From a virus (Duplodnaviria > Caudoviricetes): 64,000 nucleotides of DNA. Position 1 is the stretch's first letter; the number at the start of each line of letters is the position of its first letter. Shown one piece after another: positions 1-9,289 of this stretch. Made by a program: the position numbers and the translations under genes. The stretch is taken from IMG/VR virus record IMGVR_UViG_2823732373_000001, positions 22,352 to 86,351 of that record, one strand, 5' to 3'. The notes under the pieces were generated by a model. It had not been told where the DNA came from, searched no databases, and saw only the letters and a program-made list of their open reading frames with translations.

Positions 1-3000
1 GAACTCGCCGCCGTGCACAACGCCCTTCGGCGCGTACTTCCCGCCCACACCGGTGAAACCTCCCCCATCGAAGGGCGGTAGGAGGCTCGCGATGTTTGCA
101 ACACCTGCGCCGTAGCCGCCGATCGCCGAAGCGGCGGCCGCGCCAGTGCCAATACCAATCGTCGAGGTGATGCTGGAACCGCCCCCAAAGAACCCGGCCA
201 CAAGGCTGCCAATGGTTCCAAGGCTGCCAAGGAGCCCGCCCCCGCCCGAATTGGAGCCACCACCGCCGGCGGCGCTCCTCAGGGAGTTCATCAGATCTCG
301 CGCAAGTCCCTTGACCGCATCTCCCACGAAGGCGTCATAGAAGGCATCAACCAGTGCACCCATCACCGTCTTCTGCAAGGTCTTGCCGAAGTTGGTCAGA
401 GCGGTCGCGTCCCCGGTCAGACCTGCCGTCAAGGCGTCCTTGATCGACCCCTCCATCGTGCTGGCAAGCCGCTTGGCGGTGTCCTGCCATTTCTTACCGT
501 CGAACTCGTCCCCAAGCGCGCCGCGCAACTGGCCACTTGAGGCGTCGAAGAACAAGCGGCCTCCGGCGATCTGGTCTTCCAGCTTGGCACGCAGCGGTGC
601 CGTTCCCGGGCTGTCGAACGCCCCGGCGGCGATCTGCTCACGCAGCAGTCGCTCCTTGTCAGCCAGCTTTCGCTCCTGTTCGCCAAGGATCCGCAGCGTC
701 TCGGTCTGGATGAATAGCTCGCGCTCGCTGAGCTCGATGCCCGAGCCCTTCACCCGTGCCTTTTCGATCTCCTGACGAATGCGCTCCTGCGCGATCGCGC
801 CCTCCTTCTCCTCGTTCTTCAGCGTCTCGCTGGTCGGCTTAACGAGATCGGTCAGCGCCTTGGCACGAGCAATGGCCTGGTCAGCAAGGAGTTTGGAGAC
901 CTGCAGGTCCGCCTTCTGCAGGTCCTGCTCCGAGGATGTGATGTCGTTCTTCAGCGCGTCGCCGGTGTCGGGGAGCCCGGCCTTCGATCGCGCCGCAGCC
1001 TTCGCGCGGAGGTCCGACAGGCCCTGTGCAACGACGTCCCGCTCAGCCTGAGCAACCTTCAGGCGGGCTGCGGACTGCTCGCCCTGAATCGCAGTCATCT
1101 GGGCCTGGTAGCTCTTGAAGTCGGTGAGCCCGCGGTCATAGCTGGTCTCCAGCGCGGAGAGCCGCACGCGAGTGGACTCGTCCACAGCGTCTGCCTCTAG
1201 CCGCTGGCCGGCCAACTTCAAATCGAGCGCCTTCTTCTCGTTCTTGTAGTCCTCGTTGGCAGCTCGGCGCGCAGCCGCATCGGCGCCACGGTCCGCGCCG
1301 GATTTGTAGTCGCGCGTACCAGTAGCAAGGCTGGCCTGGATTGCCCGCGCGTGCTGGGACGCCTGATCGACCTGAAGCTGCCGCTGGCGCTTCTGCTCCT
1401 GCTCGGTCGCGTACTCGAGGCCAATGGACTTGGTCGCCTTCTGGCGCACCATCTCAAGGTTCTGGGTGGCCTCGTCGTAACGCTTGACTTGACCGTCCAG
1501 GTTGTTGAAGCCCTTTTGCACGAAGCCGGGTTGTCCGCGCGCGGCGGAGAGGCGCGAGCGCGCATCGACGATGTCGAAGGCTCCCCAGTCCTTGTCGTAC
1601 TTGGCGCGGGCGTCGGAGTAGTTGCTCTTGGCCGAGTTGTCGCCAGCTTTGTCCACACTCTGCAGGCCGAGCTGCTTCGCAAGCTCGTTGTTGCTCTTCA
1701 CCAGAGTGACGTAGTAGGACTCTTGCTTCTTGATGATCGTGTCGATGTTCGCCGCTGCCGTGTCGTAGGTCCCTTTGTTCGTCAGGGCGCCGTACAGCAC
1801 ATACAGCGCAGTGCCCGCGGCTGCCACCGTCAGGCCCACCGCGCCGAAGCGAGCGAGAGTGCCAAGCAGGGTCGCCGCCCCCCCTGCGGCGCCGCCGGCG
1901 GCCATTCCGATAGTTCCCAGCGCGGTAGCTGCTTGGGTCGCGATCGGGAAGATCTTGCCGACCACACTCAGCACCGGGCCGGCGGTGGCGCCCAGCGACA
2001 GGATGCCTGCCGCGTAGCCCGCTGGGCCAGTCAGAAGGTCGATGGCCTTGACGGCGATGGTGACCAGCGATGTGAACCCCTGCACCAAAGTCGAGACAGC
2101 GCCGATGAACTCCGGCGATGCAACGACATCCTTGAGTTCCTGCAGCGCCCCGCGCAGTTGGGCGGACCCCGCAGCACCCGCCTCGGCGAGCGACGAGTCA
2201 AGGGTCGCGCGCAGCCGCTTGAGGTCGCCCTCGACGCTGTCCATGAGCTCCTCGTTGGCCTTCGTGACGAACCCCTTGGAATCGCCGAGCTTCTGCTTGA
2301 TCTCAGCCAGGTCCTGGTCGGTCGTGCCAAGCAGGGCCGCCAGCAGTTTCTCGCCGCGGTTGTTGGTCAGGTCAGCGATCAGTTGCTTTTGCGCCTTGGG
2401 CGCGAAGTCGGCCAGCTTCGCACGCAGCTCGGGGAGGATCTGCGCGAAGAGGTCCTTGGTTTGCCCGGTGTTCGTGTCGAAGGCATCGAACTTGATGGAG
2501 TCCGCTGCCTTTTTTGCACGGCCGTGCGGGTTCGCAAGGTCGCGCATCATGTTCGTCAGCGACGTACCAGCCGCCGAGCCGACGATGTTGCGCTTCGCAA
2601 GCACGACCATGGCCGTGGAGGCGTCCTCGATGCTGAGGTGGAACTGCTCGGCCACCGTCGATGCCTGCTTCATCGACTCGGCCATGCGGTCGACACTGGT
2701 GTTGGAGATCGCGCCTGCCTTGGCCAGCACGTCACCTACACGTTCCATGTCCGAAAGCTCAAGGCCGAAGGCGTGTACAGCGCCAGTCAGCGTCTCGGTC
2801 GCGTTGGCCACGCCGAGTTCGCCCACTGTTGCAACCTTCAGCACGGTGGGCAGGGCCGTGAGCGCCTCGCGCGCATCAAGACCGCTCTGCGCCAGCAACC
2901 GCATGCCCTTGGCGGCCTCGAGCGGGTCGTAGCCGGCATTCGCCGCGGTTGCGCCCAGTTGGCCCCGCACCGACGCCTCGGACATTCCCATGCCCCCCTC

Positions 3001-4311
3001 TTCGAGAGCCTTCACGAACTTGATCTGGTACTCCAGATCCTTGTAGTCCTTGATGGCCTCCTTCACAGACGACGCTGCCAGGAAGGCCGTGGTGAGAGGA
3101 ATCAGGGATCCGTAGGTGAGGAACAGTGCGTTCGCCGCGCCGGCGACACCACGCATTGCGGAGTGCACTTCGCGCTGGTTGGCCGCGAGCAGCTTGGACT
3201 CGGCCGCCAGCTGCGCAGCCGAGCCACGCGCTGCCAGCTGCTTGGCATTGAGCTGGTCGTGGGCGTCGCGAAGGCGGCCGAGGTCCGCGCTCGCGGCCAC
3301 GGCCGCAGCGCCGTAGCGCCGCACTGCCTCCTCTGAGCCCATCCCGCCGTCCAGCGCATTCGAGACGATCGTTGCGCGCCGCAGTTGGGTGACCCGACTG
3401 GCAGCCTGAAACCGCGCGTCTTGGTCGGTGCCGCGATTGCGCGCTGACTCGACGGCAGCGCGCTGGGCTTGCTCCGACTTCATCATGCGTGTTCGGAACG
3501 CGTAGGTACGATTGGCGTCGACCTGCTCCTGCGCGGCGGAGCGGCGCTGCTCGGCCTGGCTGCTGCGGTAGTAGTTCTGTCCCAGCTGGTATGTGCGATT
3601 GGCGTCGGCCTGCTCCGCGCGCGCGGCAGTGCGCTGTTCGGTCGCGAGGGAGCGGGCGTAGCTGACGCGGCTGCGGTAGGTCTCGTTGGATTGCTTTTGC
3701 GCTTGGGCAAGGTCTGCCGCCTGCGCCTTCGCTCCGTCGCTGGACGCCTTGTCAATCGACTTCTGCCAGGCCAGGCGACTACGGTAGGTGTCGTTCGCGA
3801 CCTTTTGCGCCTCGCGCATTGCAGCCTGCTCGACTTGGATCTGGGAGGTCATGCGCGCGCCGGTCGCGCTCATCACGCGCGACGTCTCGGCCAGCACATC
3901 TTGGATCGAATCCAGACCCTTGCCGCTCACAGCACCGCTGAGTCCATTCGCAAAGGACAGGCGCGGTGCGGAGATTCGGATCTTCGCCTTCGACACCTCC
4001 TCTTCCACGCTCACGGCAAACTGCTTGCCGATCGCATTGCCGGCGACCTTGGCTTTACCGGTGGCCTCCTTGCCCGCGCGATCCACAGCACTCGTGACGC
4101 CCGTCACGAACTTCTGCATGTCGCTCGAGGTCGACGACGCAAGGGTCTTCAGCGTGGTGATGAGGCCGCGCGTCTCCTTGTTCAGGCGGTCAAGGTTCGC
4201 TTCGTCCAGCCGATCGACCGCGGCCCGCAGCTGCTTCAGCGCGTCGAGGGCGGGCTTCGCTGCTTCCTGCAGCGGCCCGCCATCCAGTCCAATCTTGATG
4301 TCGTCGCTCAT
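1..4311 (-). CDS. Tail tape measure protein (TP901-like core), truncated by the window edge
   Basis: Missing from the ORF track. Hand translation gives start MSDDIKIGLDGG at 4311, core LAQSGLDAREAL...MERVGDVLAKAGAISNTSV...GSAAGTSL, and in-frame FDGGGFTGVGGKYAPKGVVHGGEF at positions 1-72. Lies downstream of the tail chaperones. Confidence 0.93.
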   Translation of the reverse strand, partial: MSDDIKIGLDGGPLQEAAKPALDALKQLRAAVDRLDEANLDRLNKETRGLITTLKTLASSTSSDMQKFVTGVTSAVDRAGKEATGKAKVAGNAIGKQFAVSVEEEVSKAKIRISAPRLSFANGLSGAVSGKGLDSIQDVLAETSRVMSATGARMTSQIQVEQAAMREAQKVANDTYRSRLAWQKSIDKASSDGAKAQAADLAQAQKQSNETYRSRVSYARSLATEQRTAARAEQADANRTYQLGQNYYRSSQAEQRRSAAQEQVDANRTYAFRTRMMKSEQAQRAAVESARNRGTDQDARFQAASRVTQLRRATIVSNALDGGMGSEEAVRRYGAAAVAASADLGRLRDAHDQLNAKQLAARGSAAQLAAESKLLAANQREVHSAMRGVAGAANALFLTYGSLIPLTTAFLAASSVKEAIKDYKDLEYQIKFVKALEEGGMGMSEASVRGQLGATAANAGYDPLEAAKGMRLLAQSGLDAREALTALPTVLKVATVGELGVANATETLTGAVHAFGLELSDMERVGDVLAKAGAISNTSVDRMAESMKQASTVAEQFHLSIEDASTAMVVLAKRNIVGSAAGTSLTNMMRDLANPHGRAKKAADSIKFDAFDTNTGQTKDLFAQILPELRAKLADFAPKAQKQLIADLTNNRGEKLLAALLGTTDQDLAEIKQKLGDSKGFVTKANEELMDSVEGDLKRLRATLDSSLAEAGAAGSAQLRGALQELKDVVASPEFIGAVSTLVQGFTSLVTIAVKAIDLLTGPAGYAAGILSLGATAGPVLSVVGKIFPIATQAATALGTIGMAAGGAAGGAATLLGTLARFGAVGLTVAAAGTALYVLYGALTNKGTYDTAAANIDTIIKKQESYYVTLVKSNNELAKQLGLQSVDKAGDNSAKSNYSDARAKYDKDWGAFDIVDARSRLSAARGQPGFVQKGFNNLDGQVKRYDEATQNLEMVRQKATKSIGLEYATEQEQKRQRQLQVDQASQHARAIQASLATGTRDYKSGADRGADAAARRAANEDYKNEKKALDLKLAGQRLEADAVDESTRVRLSALETSYDRGLTDFKSYQAQMTAIQGEQSAARLKVAQAERDVVAQGLSDLRAKAAARSKAGLPDTGDALKNDITSSEQDLQKADLQVSKLLADQAIARAKALTDLVKPTSETLKNEEKEGAIAQERIRQEIEKARVKGSGIELSERELFIQTETLRILGEQERKLADKERLLREQIAAGAFDSPGTAPLRAKLEDQIAGGRLFFDASSGQLRGALGDEFDGKKWQDTAKRLASTMEGSIKDALTAGLTGDATALTNFGKTLQKTVMGALVDAFYDAFVGDAVKGLARDLMNSLRSAAGGGGSNSGGGGLLGSLGTIGSLVAGFFGGGSSITSTIGIGTGAAAASAIGGYGAGVANIASLLPPFDGGGFTGVGGKYAPKGVVHGGEF

Positions 4312-4319
4312 CGCGTCGG

Positions 4320-4703
4320 TCAGCTCTTGTTGTTGTTCTTGCTGCCCTTGCCGGGCGAGCTGCTCGAGGGGTTCTTGTCAGCCCAATGGCCGAGGTACAC
4401 CTGGTCAAGCAGTTGAATCAGGCGCAGATACTTGGACCTGTCGGCTTGCGACGCAATCCCCTGGAACGAAACGAAAGCCCAGATCTCCGCAATGGAGATC
4501 GGGTTGGGAGCTGCAGTACCGAAAGTGCGTGCTGCGTGGAGCGAATAGAAGGCGTCCGCGAATGGGACGTCTGTGACCCTGAGCTTGGGCCGGCTGAGGA
4601 GCGCCGGAGGCTTAAAACCTGTCCTCCGCGCGCGCTCCTCAAGAACCTTGACGTGGCCGCCCCACTTGAGTTGCCACGTCAGGTGCGCGCTTAGGCGTTT
4701 CCC
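4320..4703 (-). CDS. Tail assembly chaperone gpT-like extension, reachable by -1 frameshift
   Basis: Open -1 frame GKRLSAHLTWQLKWG...DAFYSLHAARTFG...PISIAEIW...LDQVYL ending TGA at 4320-4322; no ATG of its own. Confidence 0.85.
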   Translation of the reverse strand, partial: GKRLSAHLTWQLKWGGHVKVLEERARRTGFKPPALLSRPKLRVTDVPFADAFYSLHAARTFGTAAPNPISIAEIWAFVSFQGIASQADRSKYLRLIQLLDQVYLGHWADKNPSSSSPGKGSKNNNKS

Positions 4704-5086
4704 AGGTCTTTCTCGGCCTTGGCCTTGAAGGCTTCGAAGTTGTCGGCGAAGCCCGACACCTTCTTGCGGAAGTCTTTGACGGCAAGCAGCTTGCGCGCGT
4801 TCTCGATCGAGTACGGCAGCGGCTCGCCCTTGAAAGTCAGTCCTTCCCAGCCCAGCAGGATGGTGTTGGCCATCACATCGACGAACACAATCTCGGCGGC
4901 CTGCTCGTCTTCCTTGGTCGTACCGCCCAGGTCGATGCCCGAGGCCTCGAGCTTCTTGCGGAGCACATGCACGTAGTTCTCGTTGCCCGCGCGCGCGATA
5001 AGGACCCTGGCGGACTTACTCAAAGGGAACCAGGCGCCCTCGAGTTCCTTTTTCTCGTCGGTGGCAAAGTTGTCGAAGATATCCAT
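4691..5086 (-). CDS. Tail assembly chaperone (gpG-like)
   Basis: Between tube and tape measure genes; ILLGWEGL...PYSIENA motif; slippery site at its end. Confidence 0.85.
   Translation of the reverse strand: MDIFDNFATDEKKELEGAWFPLSKSARVLIARAGNENYVHVLRKKLEASGIDLGGTTKEDEQAAEIVFVDVMANTILLGWEGLTFKGEPLPYSIENARKLLAVKDFRKKVSGFADNFEAFKAKAEKDLGNA
4697..4703 (-). other. Programmed -1 ribosomal frameshift slippery site G GGA AAC
   Basis: X XXY YYZ heptamer just before the gpG-like stop; analogous to lambda G/GT GGGAAAG. Confidence 0.85.
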
Positions 5087-5110
5087 TTTGTTTTCTTTTT
5101 GCGAGAGATG

Positions 5111-5129
5111 AAAAAGCCCAACAGGGCTT
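5111..5129 (-). terminator. Possible intrinsic terminator after the tail tube gene
   Basis: Minus strand reads AAGCCC-TGTT-GGGCTT-TTT. Confidence 0.5.
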
Positions 5130-5170
5130 GAGGTCCTTGGGGCAGCTCAAAGGCTGCCCCAGCGGATTGA

Positions 5171-6403
5171 TTACGGCGCTGCGAGCGCTCGGGTGATGCG
5201 GATGCCCCGCTGAGTCGCCGCGTCGTAGAAGGCGTCGAACGGTAGGTCGAGCATCACGTCTTCACTGTTGCTTCCAGGGTTCAGGCCGCCGTCTCGGAAC
5301 ATGACCTTGTCCAGTTCAATCAGGTAGCCGTTGCCGGCCGCGTCGCAGAAACCCACGGTGAGGCTCGTGCGAACGCCGTCGAGCCACTTCTTGTAGTAGC
5401 TGGTGTCCTGGAAGTAAACCTGCATCGAACCCGTGATCTCGAGCTCGCCCAGGCCGACGCCAGCGTTGCCGTATACGCCAACAGCTTTCTGGCCGCGCGC
5501 GTTGTTGTTCACGCTCAACGACAGGCTCTTGATGAACGATCCATTGGCAAGCAGGTTCGTGCCGTTCTCGTAGACAGTGCCTACGTCCGTCACGGCATTC
5601 ATCACCTCGTTCGCCTTGGAGGGCACCGGCACGCCAGGCAGGTAGGTCGCACCGTCACGAGCATCGTGGCTCGAACCGATGAACCCGAAGGAGCCCGTGA
5701 TGATGGAACCCACCTCGACGCTGAGCTCAAGGGTGTTCGGCTCCATTCCGGTGTACAGCAGGCGGGAGTTCACGTCGGTCAAGGAATGCTCGAATGAGAA
5801 CGTCTTGCGCGCGGCTCCATTGACGACGATCGACTGGGCGATGGACGAACCAGCTAGGTCAGCGGCGAGCAGGCCGGGTGCGACGATCGGTGTCGCCGGG
5901 TCCACCGCAAGGCTCGTCGCAGTCGACCCCGCACCCACCTTGAACCAGGCGTCGGCGAAGTACGCCTTGACGGTGGCACTCGCGGTCGGGCCGGGCAGCA
6001 CCTTGAACCAGCTGCCCACGGTCAGCGCGCTGAAGGCCGAGCTGGCTGTCGGCGCAACAGCTGCTTTCACCGAGTTCGCCGTGGTCTGCATCGCGAAGGC
6101 GGAGCCGAGGCCTGATGCGCCGTAGTGGGCGAAGGTGCCGCCGACGATGGACTCCAGGAACGGGTCGTACTCGGCTGCCGACAGCTCGAAGTTGAATCCG
6201 CCGTCGACGTTCTGGTCGACTCGAGTACTGCCCGTCGACATGCGATTAACGTTTACCTCGCTCGACTTGACGGTTTCCACCGTCGCCTTCATGGTGGGCT
6301 CCATCATGCGCAGGTTGACGGCGTTGCCGGCAGTCGGGACTTTGCCGCGTACGGTCTCTGGGATATAGCGCAGCTGGCCAAACGATCCAGAAGCAAAAGT
6401 CAT
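5171..6403 (-). CDS. Major tail tube protein
   Basis: 410 aa; LRYIPET N-terminus, ITGSFGFIG, LSLSVNNN, EITGSMQVYF; synteny. Confidence 0.85.
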   Translation of the reverse strand: MTFASGSFGQLRYIPETVRGKVPTAGNAVNLRMMEPTMKATVETVKSSEVNVNRMSTGSTRVDQNVDGGFNFELSAAEYDPFLESIVGGTFAHYGASGLGSAFAMQTTANSVKAAVAPTASSAFSALTVGSWFKVLPGPTASATVKAYFADAWFKVGAGSTATSLAVDPATPIVAPGLLAADLAGSSIAQSIVVNGAARKTFSFEHSLTDVNSRLLYTGMEPNTLELSVEVGSIITGSFGFIGSSHDARDGATYLPGVPVPSKANEVMNAVTDVGTVYENGTNLLANGSFIKSLSLSVNNNARGQKAVGVYGNAGVGLGELEITGSMQVYFQDTSYYKKWLDGVRTSLTVGFCDAAGNGYLIELDKVMFRDGGLNPGSNSEDVMLDLPFDAFYDAATQRGIRITRALAAP

Positions 6404-6480
6404 TGAGTGCTCCGCGAAATTCTTGTTCTTGTGCGGAGCAGACTAGGGAGGGGATTTCCAAAACGGAATCCCCCTGTGCA

Positions 6481-6888
6481 TTAAGCGTCGTCGAGCGTGA
6501 ACGGCGTGATCAGGCCGGCCTTGTACCAGCCATCAACATCGGTCGGAATGGTGCGCTGGGGCATATAGAGAACAGCGGCGCCAAGCCTGCGCGAGCGCAT
6601 GAGTTCCTTGATCGAATCAAGCACCTCGTCGGGCTGCGCTGTCCCCTCCCCCTGCCGGTAGAAGACGTTGGTGGCAACGACGCCCGTGTGCCTGCCGCGC
6701 GGGCGCTCGCCCACCGTGACGAACTTCGATCCGTACCAGCGGATGGAGCAGTCGATCCAGATCGGGCCCACCGTCTGCTCGTCGGGCACGGGCCCGTTCT
6801 CGTAGAACGCATTGATGCGCGGGAAATTGTTGACGCGCCAGGCCTCGAGTGCTTCCTGCGCATCCTTCCGAAACTGCTCGGTGGCCAT
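6481..6888 (-). CDS. Tail terminator-like protein
   Basis: 135 aa immediately upstream of the tube gene; YEN...P...W pattern. Confidence 0.6.
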   Translation of the reverse strand: MATEQFRKDAQEALEAWRVNNFPRINAFYENGPVPDEQTVGPIWIDCSIRWYGSKFVTVGERPRGRHTGVVATNVFYRQGEGTAQPDEVLDSIKELMRSRRLGAAVLYMPQRTIPTDVDGWYKAGLITPFTLDDA

Positions 6889-6896
6889 GTGTTTTC

Positions 6897-7448
6897 CTAG
6901 AAATTCGAGTTGATCTCGCCGATCGGCATGGACCCGGCTTCAAGCAGGCCCTCGGCGATCAGCACAGCACTCTCCATCGCCGTCTCATAGGGCCTGTTCT
7001 GCCAGCGCAGCTTGGACGCCCAGTAGCCCGGTTCCTGGAGATCTGCGAGGTAGGCCGGGCTCGATTTACCGCCGTCTTTGTCGCCGCGGGTGGAATTGGT
7101 TATGAAGACTTTGTCTCCCCGCCGGATCTTGCGCAGCACATAGCGGGCGCGCATGAGCGCTTCGGAAGCCCACTTCATGTCGCCCTTCTCGCGTGCGAGC
7201 TTGTTGTTGACGTAGCCCGCGCCGGTGAGCTCGAGTTCGTCACCCATGCCGGCGTCGAATGAGAGGTCGGGCGCGTTGATGCCGAGATTCCAGTTCGCCA
7301 CGGCGCGGCCAGAGTACTGGGGCGTCTGCATGACGATGCGCTCGAAGATCTGCCAAACGACTTGGCGGAAGAGGGCCACTGGCGCGTCTTCCACGCGCTG
7401 GATGGCAGCCTGAAGGCTTCGCTGCACGCCCACGCGGTTCTTCACCAT
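6897..7448 (-). CDS. Neck/tail completion protein (HK97 gp10-like)
   Basis: TPQYSGRAVANW resembles TPVDTG-xxx-W; VFITN; start moved to ATG 7448. Confidence 0.65.
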   Translation of the reverse strand: MVKNRVGVQRSLQAAIQRVEDAPVALFRQVVWQIFERIVMQTPQYSGRAVANWNLGINAPDLSFDAGMGDELELTGAGYVNNKLAREKGDMKWASEALMRARYVLRKIRRGDKVFITNSTRGDKDGGKSSPAYLADLQEPGYWASKLRWQNRPYETAMESAVLIAEGLLEAGSMPIGEINSNF

Positions 7449-7455
7449 CCCCACG

Positions 7456-8292
7456 TCAGCTCCTGCGCACGTGGGCGGTGACGGCGCCCTCGATCTCATT
7501 CACCGCAAGCACGCTGAGGCTGGCCCCTTCGAACTTAATGCGCGAAGAGGTATCGACCTCCACTCCCTCCGGCAGCGCCAGCGTGAAGTCCCCCTCCTTG
7601 TGCCGCGCATCAAGTTGCGCGTCGTAGCGGAATAGGTTCTGCCAACGGACGCGCAACGCCCTCGCGTTGGTCGCGGGTCCGAGCGAATACGCGCCAACAG
7701 CCGGACTGTAGGTTCGGCTCTGCAACGTGACCTCGAGCGGCTCGACCTGGTCAAGCCTCGTGGCGGTGACGCCCACGAAGTCAGACGGGAGCCGGCGCGC
7801 TGAGGTCGTGATGTACGCGACTCCCTGGCGCCAGAGCACTCGGTGGGGCGCGATTGCGGTGCCGAGCGGCAGGATTACCTCGAAGACGTTGGCCACGTCC
7901 GATGATTCGCCCTCCTCTTTTGCATCCTTGGCCCAGGAAGCGAAGCCGTAGACCGTCTCCTGTGGGCTGCCGTCCAGGAACTGGGAGATCGTGCCAACGT
8001 TGAACTGGCCGTCCGCGCTCTGCAGCACGTACTTGACGCGATGAGCCTCGTTCAGACCGTCGATCGAAGGCTCCCCGGCCACGACGTAAGTTGCACCGAA
8101 AACGCGGATGCATCGGTGGGCCGGAATGGCCGTGCCGGGGGCAACGGAAAGCACCCGGCGGTAGGCGACCATCGCGTCGCGCTTGCTGTCGTCATAGGGG
8201 TCGACCTGGGCAAGGAAGAGGAACGCGCCCGTGTAGGCGTCGAGCACCTCGGTCCGATCGAAGTAAGAGGAGGCGGCGGCAAGGCTCATCAT
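7456..8292 (-). CDS. Putative head-tail joining protein
   Basis: Synteny in the neck module only. Confidence 0.5.
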   Translation of the reverse strand: MMSLAAASSYFDRTEVLDAYTGAFLFLAQVDPYDDSKRDAMVAYRRVLSVAPGTAIPAHRCIRVFGATYVVAGEPSIDGLNEAHRVKYVLQSADGQFNVGTISQFLDGSPQETVYGFASWAKDAKEEGESSDVANVFEVILPLGTAIAPHRVLWRQGVAYITTSARRLPSDFVGVTATRLDQVEPLEVTLQSRTYSPAVGAYSLGPATNARALRVRWQNLFRYDAQLDARHKEGDFTLALPEGVEVDTSSRIKFEGASLSVLAVNEIEGAVTAHVRRS

Positions 8293-8297
8293 GGCGG

Positions 8298-8792
8298 TCA
8301 GCCCGTGACCGGGTCGTAGGACCGCGTGGCTGCAATAAAGGCAAGCGGCGCGCGCGGGGCCGCCGCGGGCGTCTGCGTCAGCGCGGCGAGAGAGGCAAGC
8401 AGGCTCGAGCGCGAGGCGAGGTACATGGCCTCCACGCGCGCGAGCGTCTCTTTGTAGGGTGCGTCTGCGAAACGGGACACGGATGCTTTCCCGTCGCCCA
8501 CGTCTTTGGGCATCATGCTGGCGAGCGAAACGCCGACCTGGCGCGCGCTGGCGTAGGCGCTGAAGAGCTTTGTGGCGTCGAGCACGCCTTTCTCGAATTC
8601 GGTGCGCTGATCCGCAGGTTTGCTCGCGATGAGAGAAAAAGAGGCAGGCAAAGACGTCGCGACCTTCGTCAATTCGCGTACCAGTCCGAACTCGTAGATC
8701 GGCAGGTTCAGGACCGCGTCAGGCAGTTCTATCGCGTTGACCCCAAGGGTCGCGCGAACCTCTGCGTTTTCACAGTAAGGCGTCAGTGCCAT
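8298..8792 (-). CDS. Putative head-tail connector (adaptor)
   Basis: YCENAEVRATLG N-terminus typical of gp6/gp15-like adaptors; synteny. Confidence 0.55.
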   Translation of the reverse strand: MALTPYCENAEVRATLGVNAIELPDAVLNLPIYEFGLVRELTKVATSLPASFSLIASKPADQRTEFEKGVLDATKLFSAYASARQVGVSLASMMPKDVGDGKASVSRFADAPYKETLARVEAMYLASRSSLLASLAALTQTPAAAPRAPLAFIAATRSYDPVTG

Positions 8793-8813
8793 GCCAAAAG
8801 CTCCCGCAAAGGA

Positions 8814-9212
8814 TCAGGTTTCGCTTGGCACGATGGCCAGCTTGCCAGCCAACAGCTGGAGGGAAATGAACGCATCGATTTCGGCCGTGACAGGCGCTGC
8901 GCCGAACACATCGCTGTTGTGCAGGTGATGGAGCGGGCCGTGTACGGACACGAGTGCGACGACGTCGCCGATTCCCCAGCCGATCAGCTGGCCAATGCTT
9001 TCGGCTGCAGGGACTGCGGGCTTGTCGCCCTGATTTGCCTCTGCTGAAGCAGCGGCTTGTTCGTCGGCGCCAGGTGCGGCGCGCAGTTCGGTGGACGCGA
9101 TCGGCAAGGTCGTGCTGATGCCGTCGCTTTGGGCGGAAAGGGCCGAAGCTTCGACAGTTGCTGTCGCTGGGGTCGCGGCGAGCGCTGGGGCGGAGGTGTT
9201 CTTTCGGGACAT
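8814..9212 (-). CDS. Hypothetical virion-region protein
   Basis: ORF with GGAG RBS directly after the capsid gene. Confidence 0.6.
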   Translation of the reverse strand: MSRKNTSAPALAATPATATVEASALSAQSDGISTTLPIASTELRAAPGADEQAAASAEANQGDKPAVPAAESIGQLIGWGIGDVVALVSVHGPLHHLHNSDVFGAAPVTAEIDAFISLQLLAGKLAIVPSET

Positions 9213-9236
9213 CGGAGTACTCCTGTTACGGATGGA

Positions 9237-9268
9237 GAAAGGCGCCGGCCAGCGAACCGACCGGCGCC
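9237..9268 (-). terminator. Possible terminator after the major capsid gene
   Basis: GGCGCCGG...CCGGCGCC stem followed by TTTC on the minus strand. Confidence 0.5.
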
Positions 9269-9289
9269 CTACTGTTGAGCCTGAACTGT

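Noticed and set aside
1351-3336. 661-aa plus-strand ORF and other plus-strand ORFs at 1-4.6 kb
   Set aside because: Antisense shadows of the tape measure gene, which the track missed because it runs off the window edge
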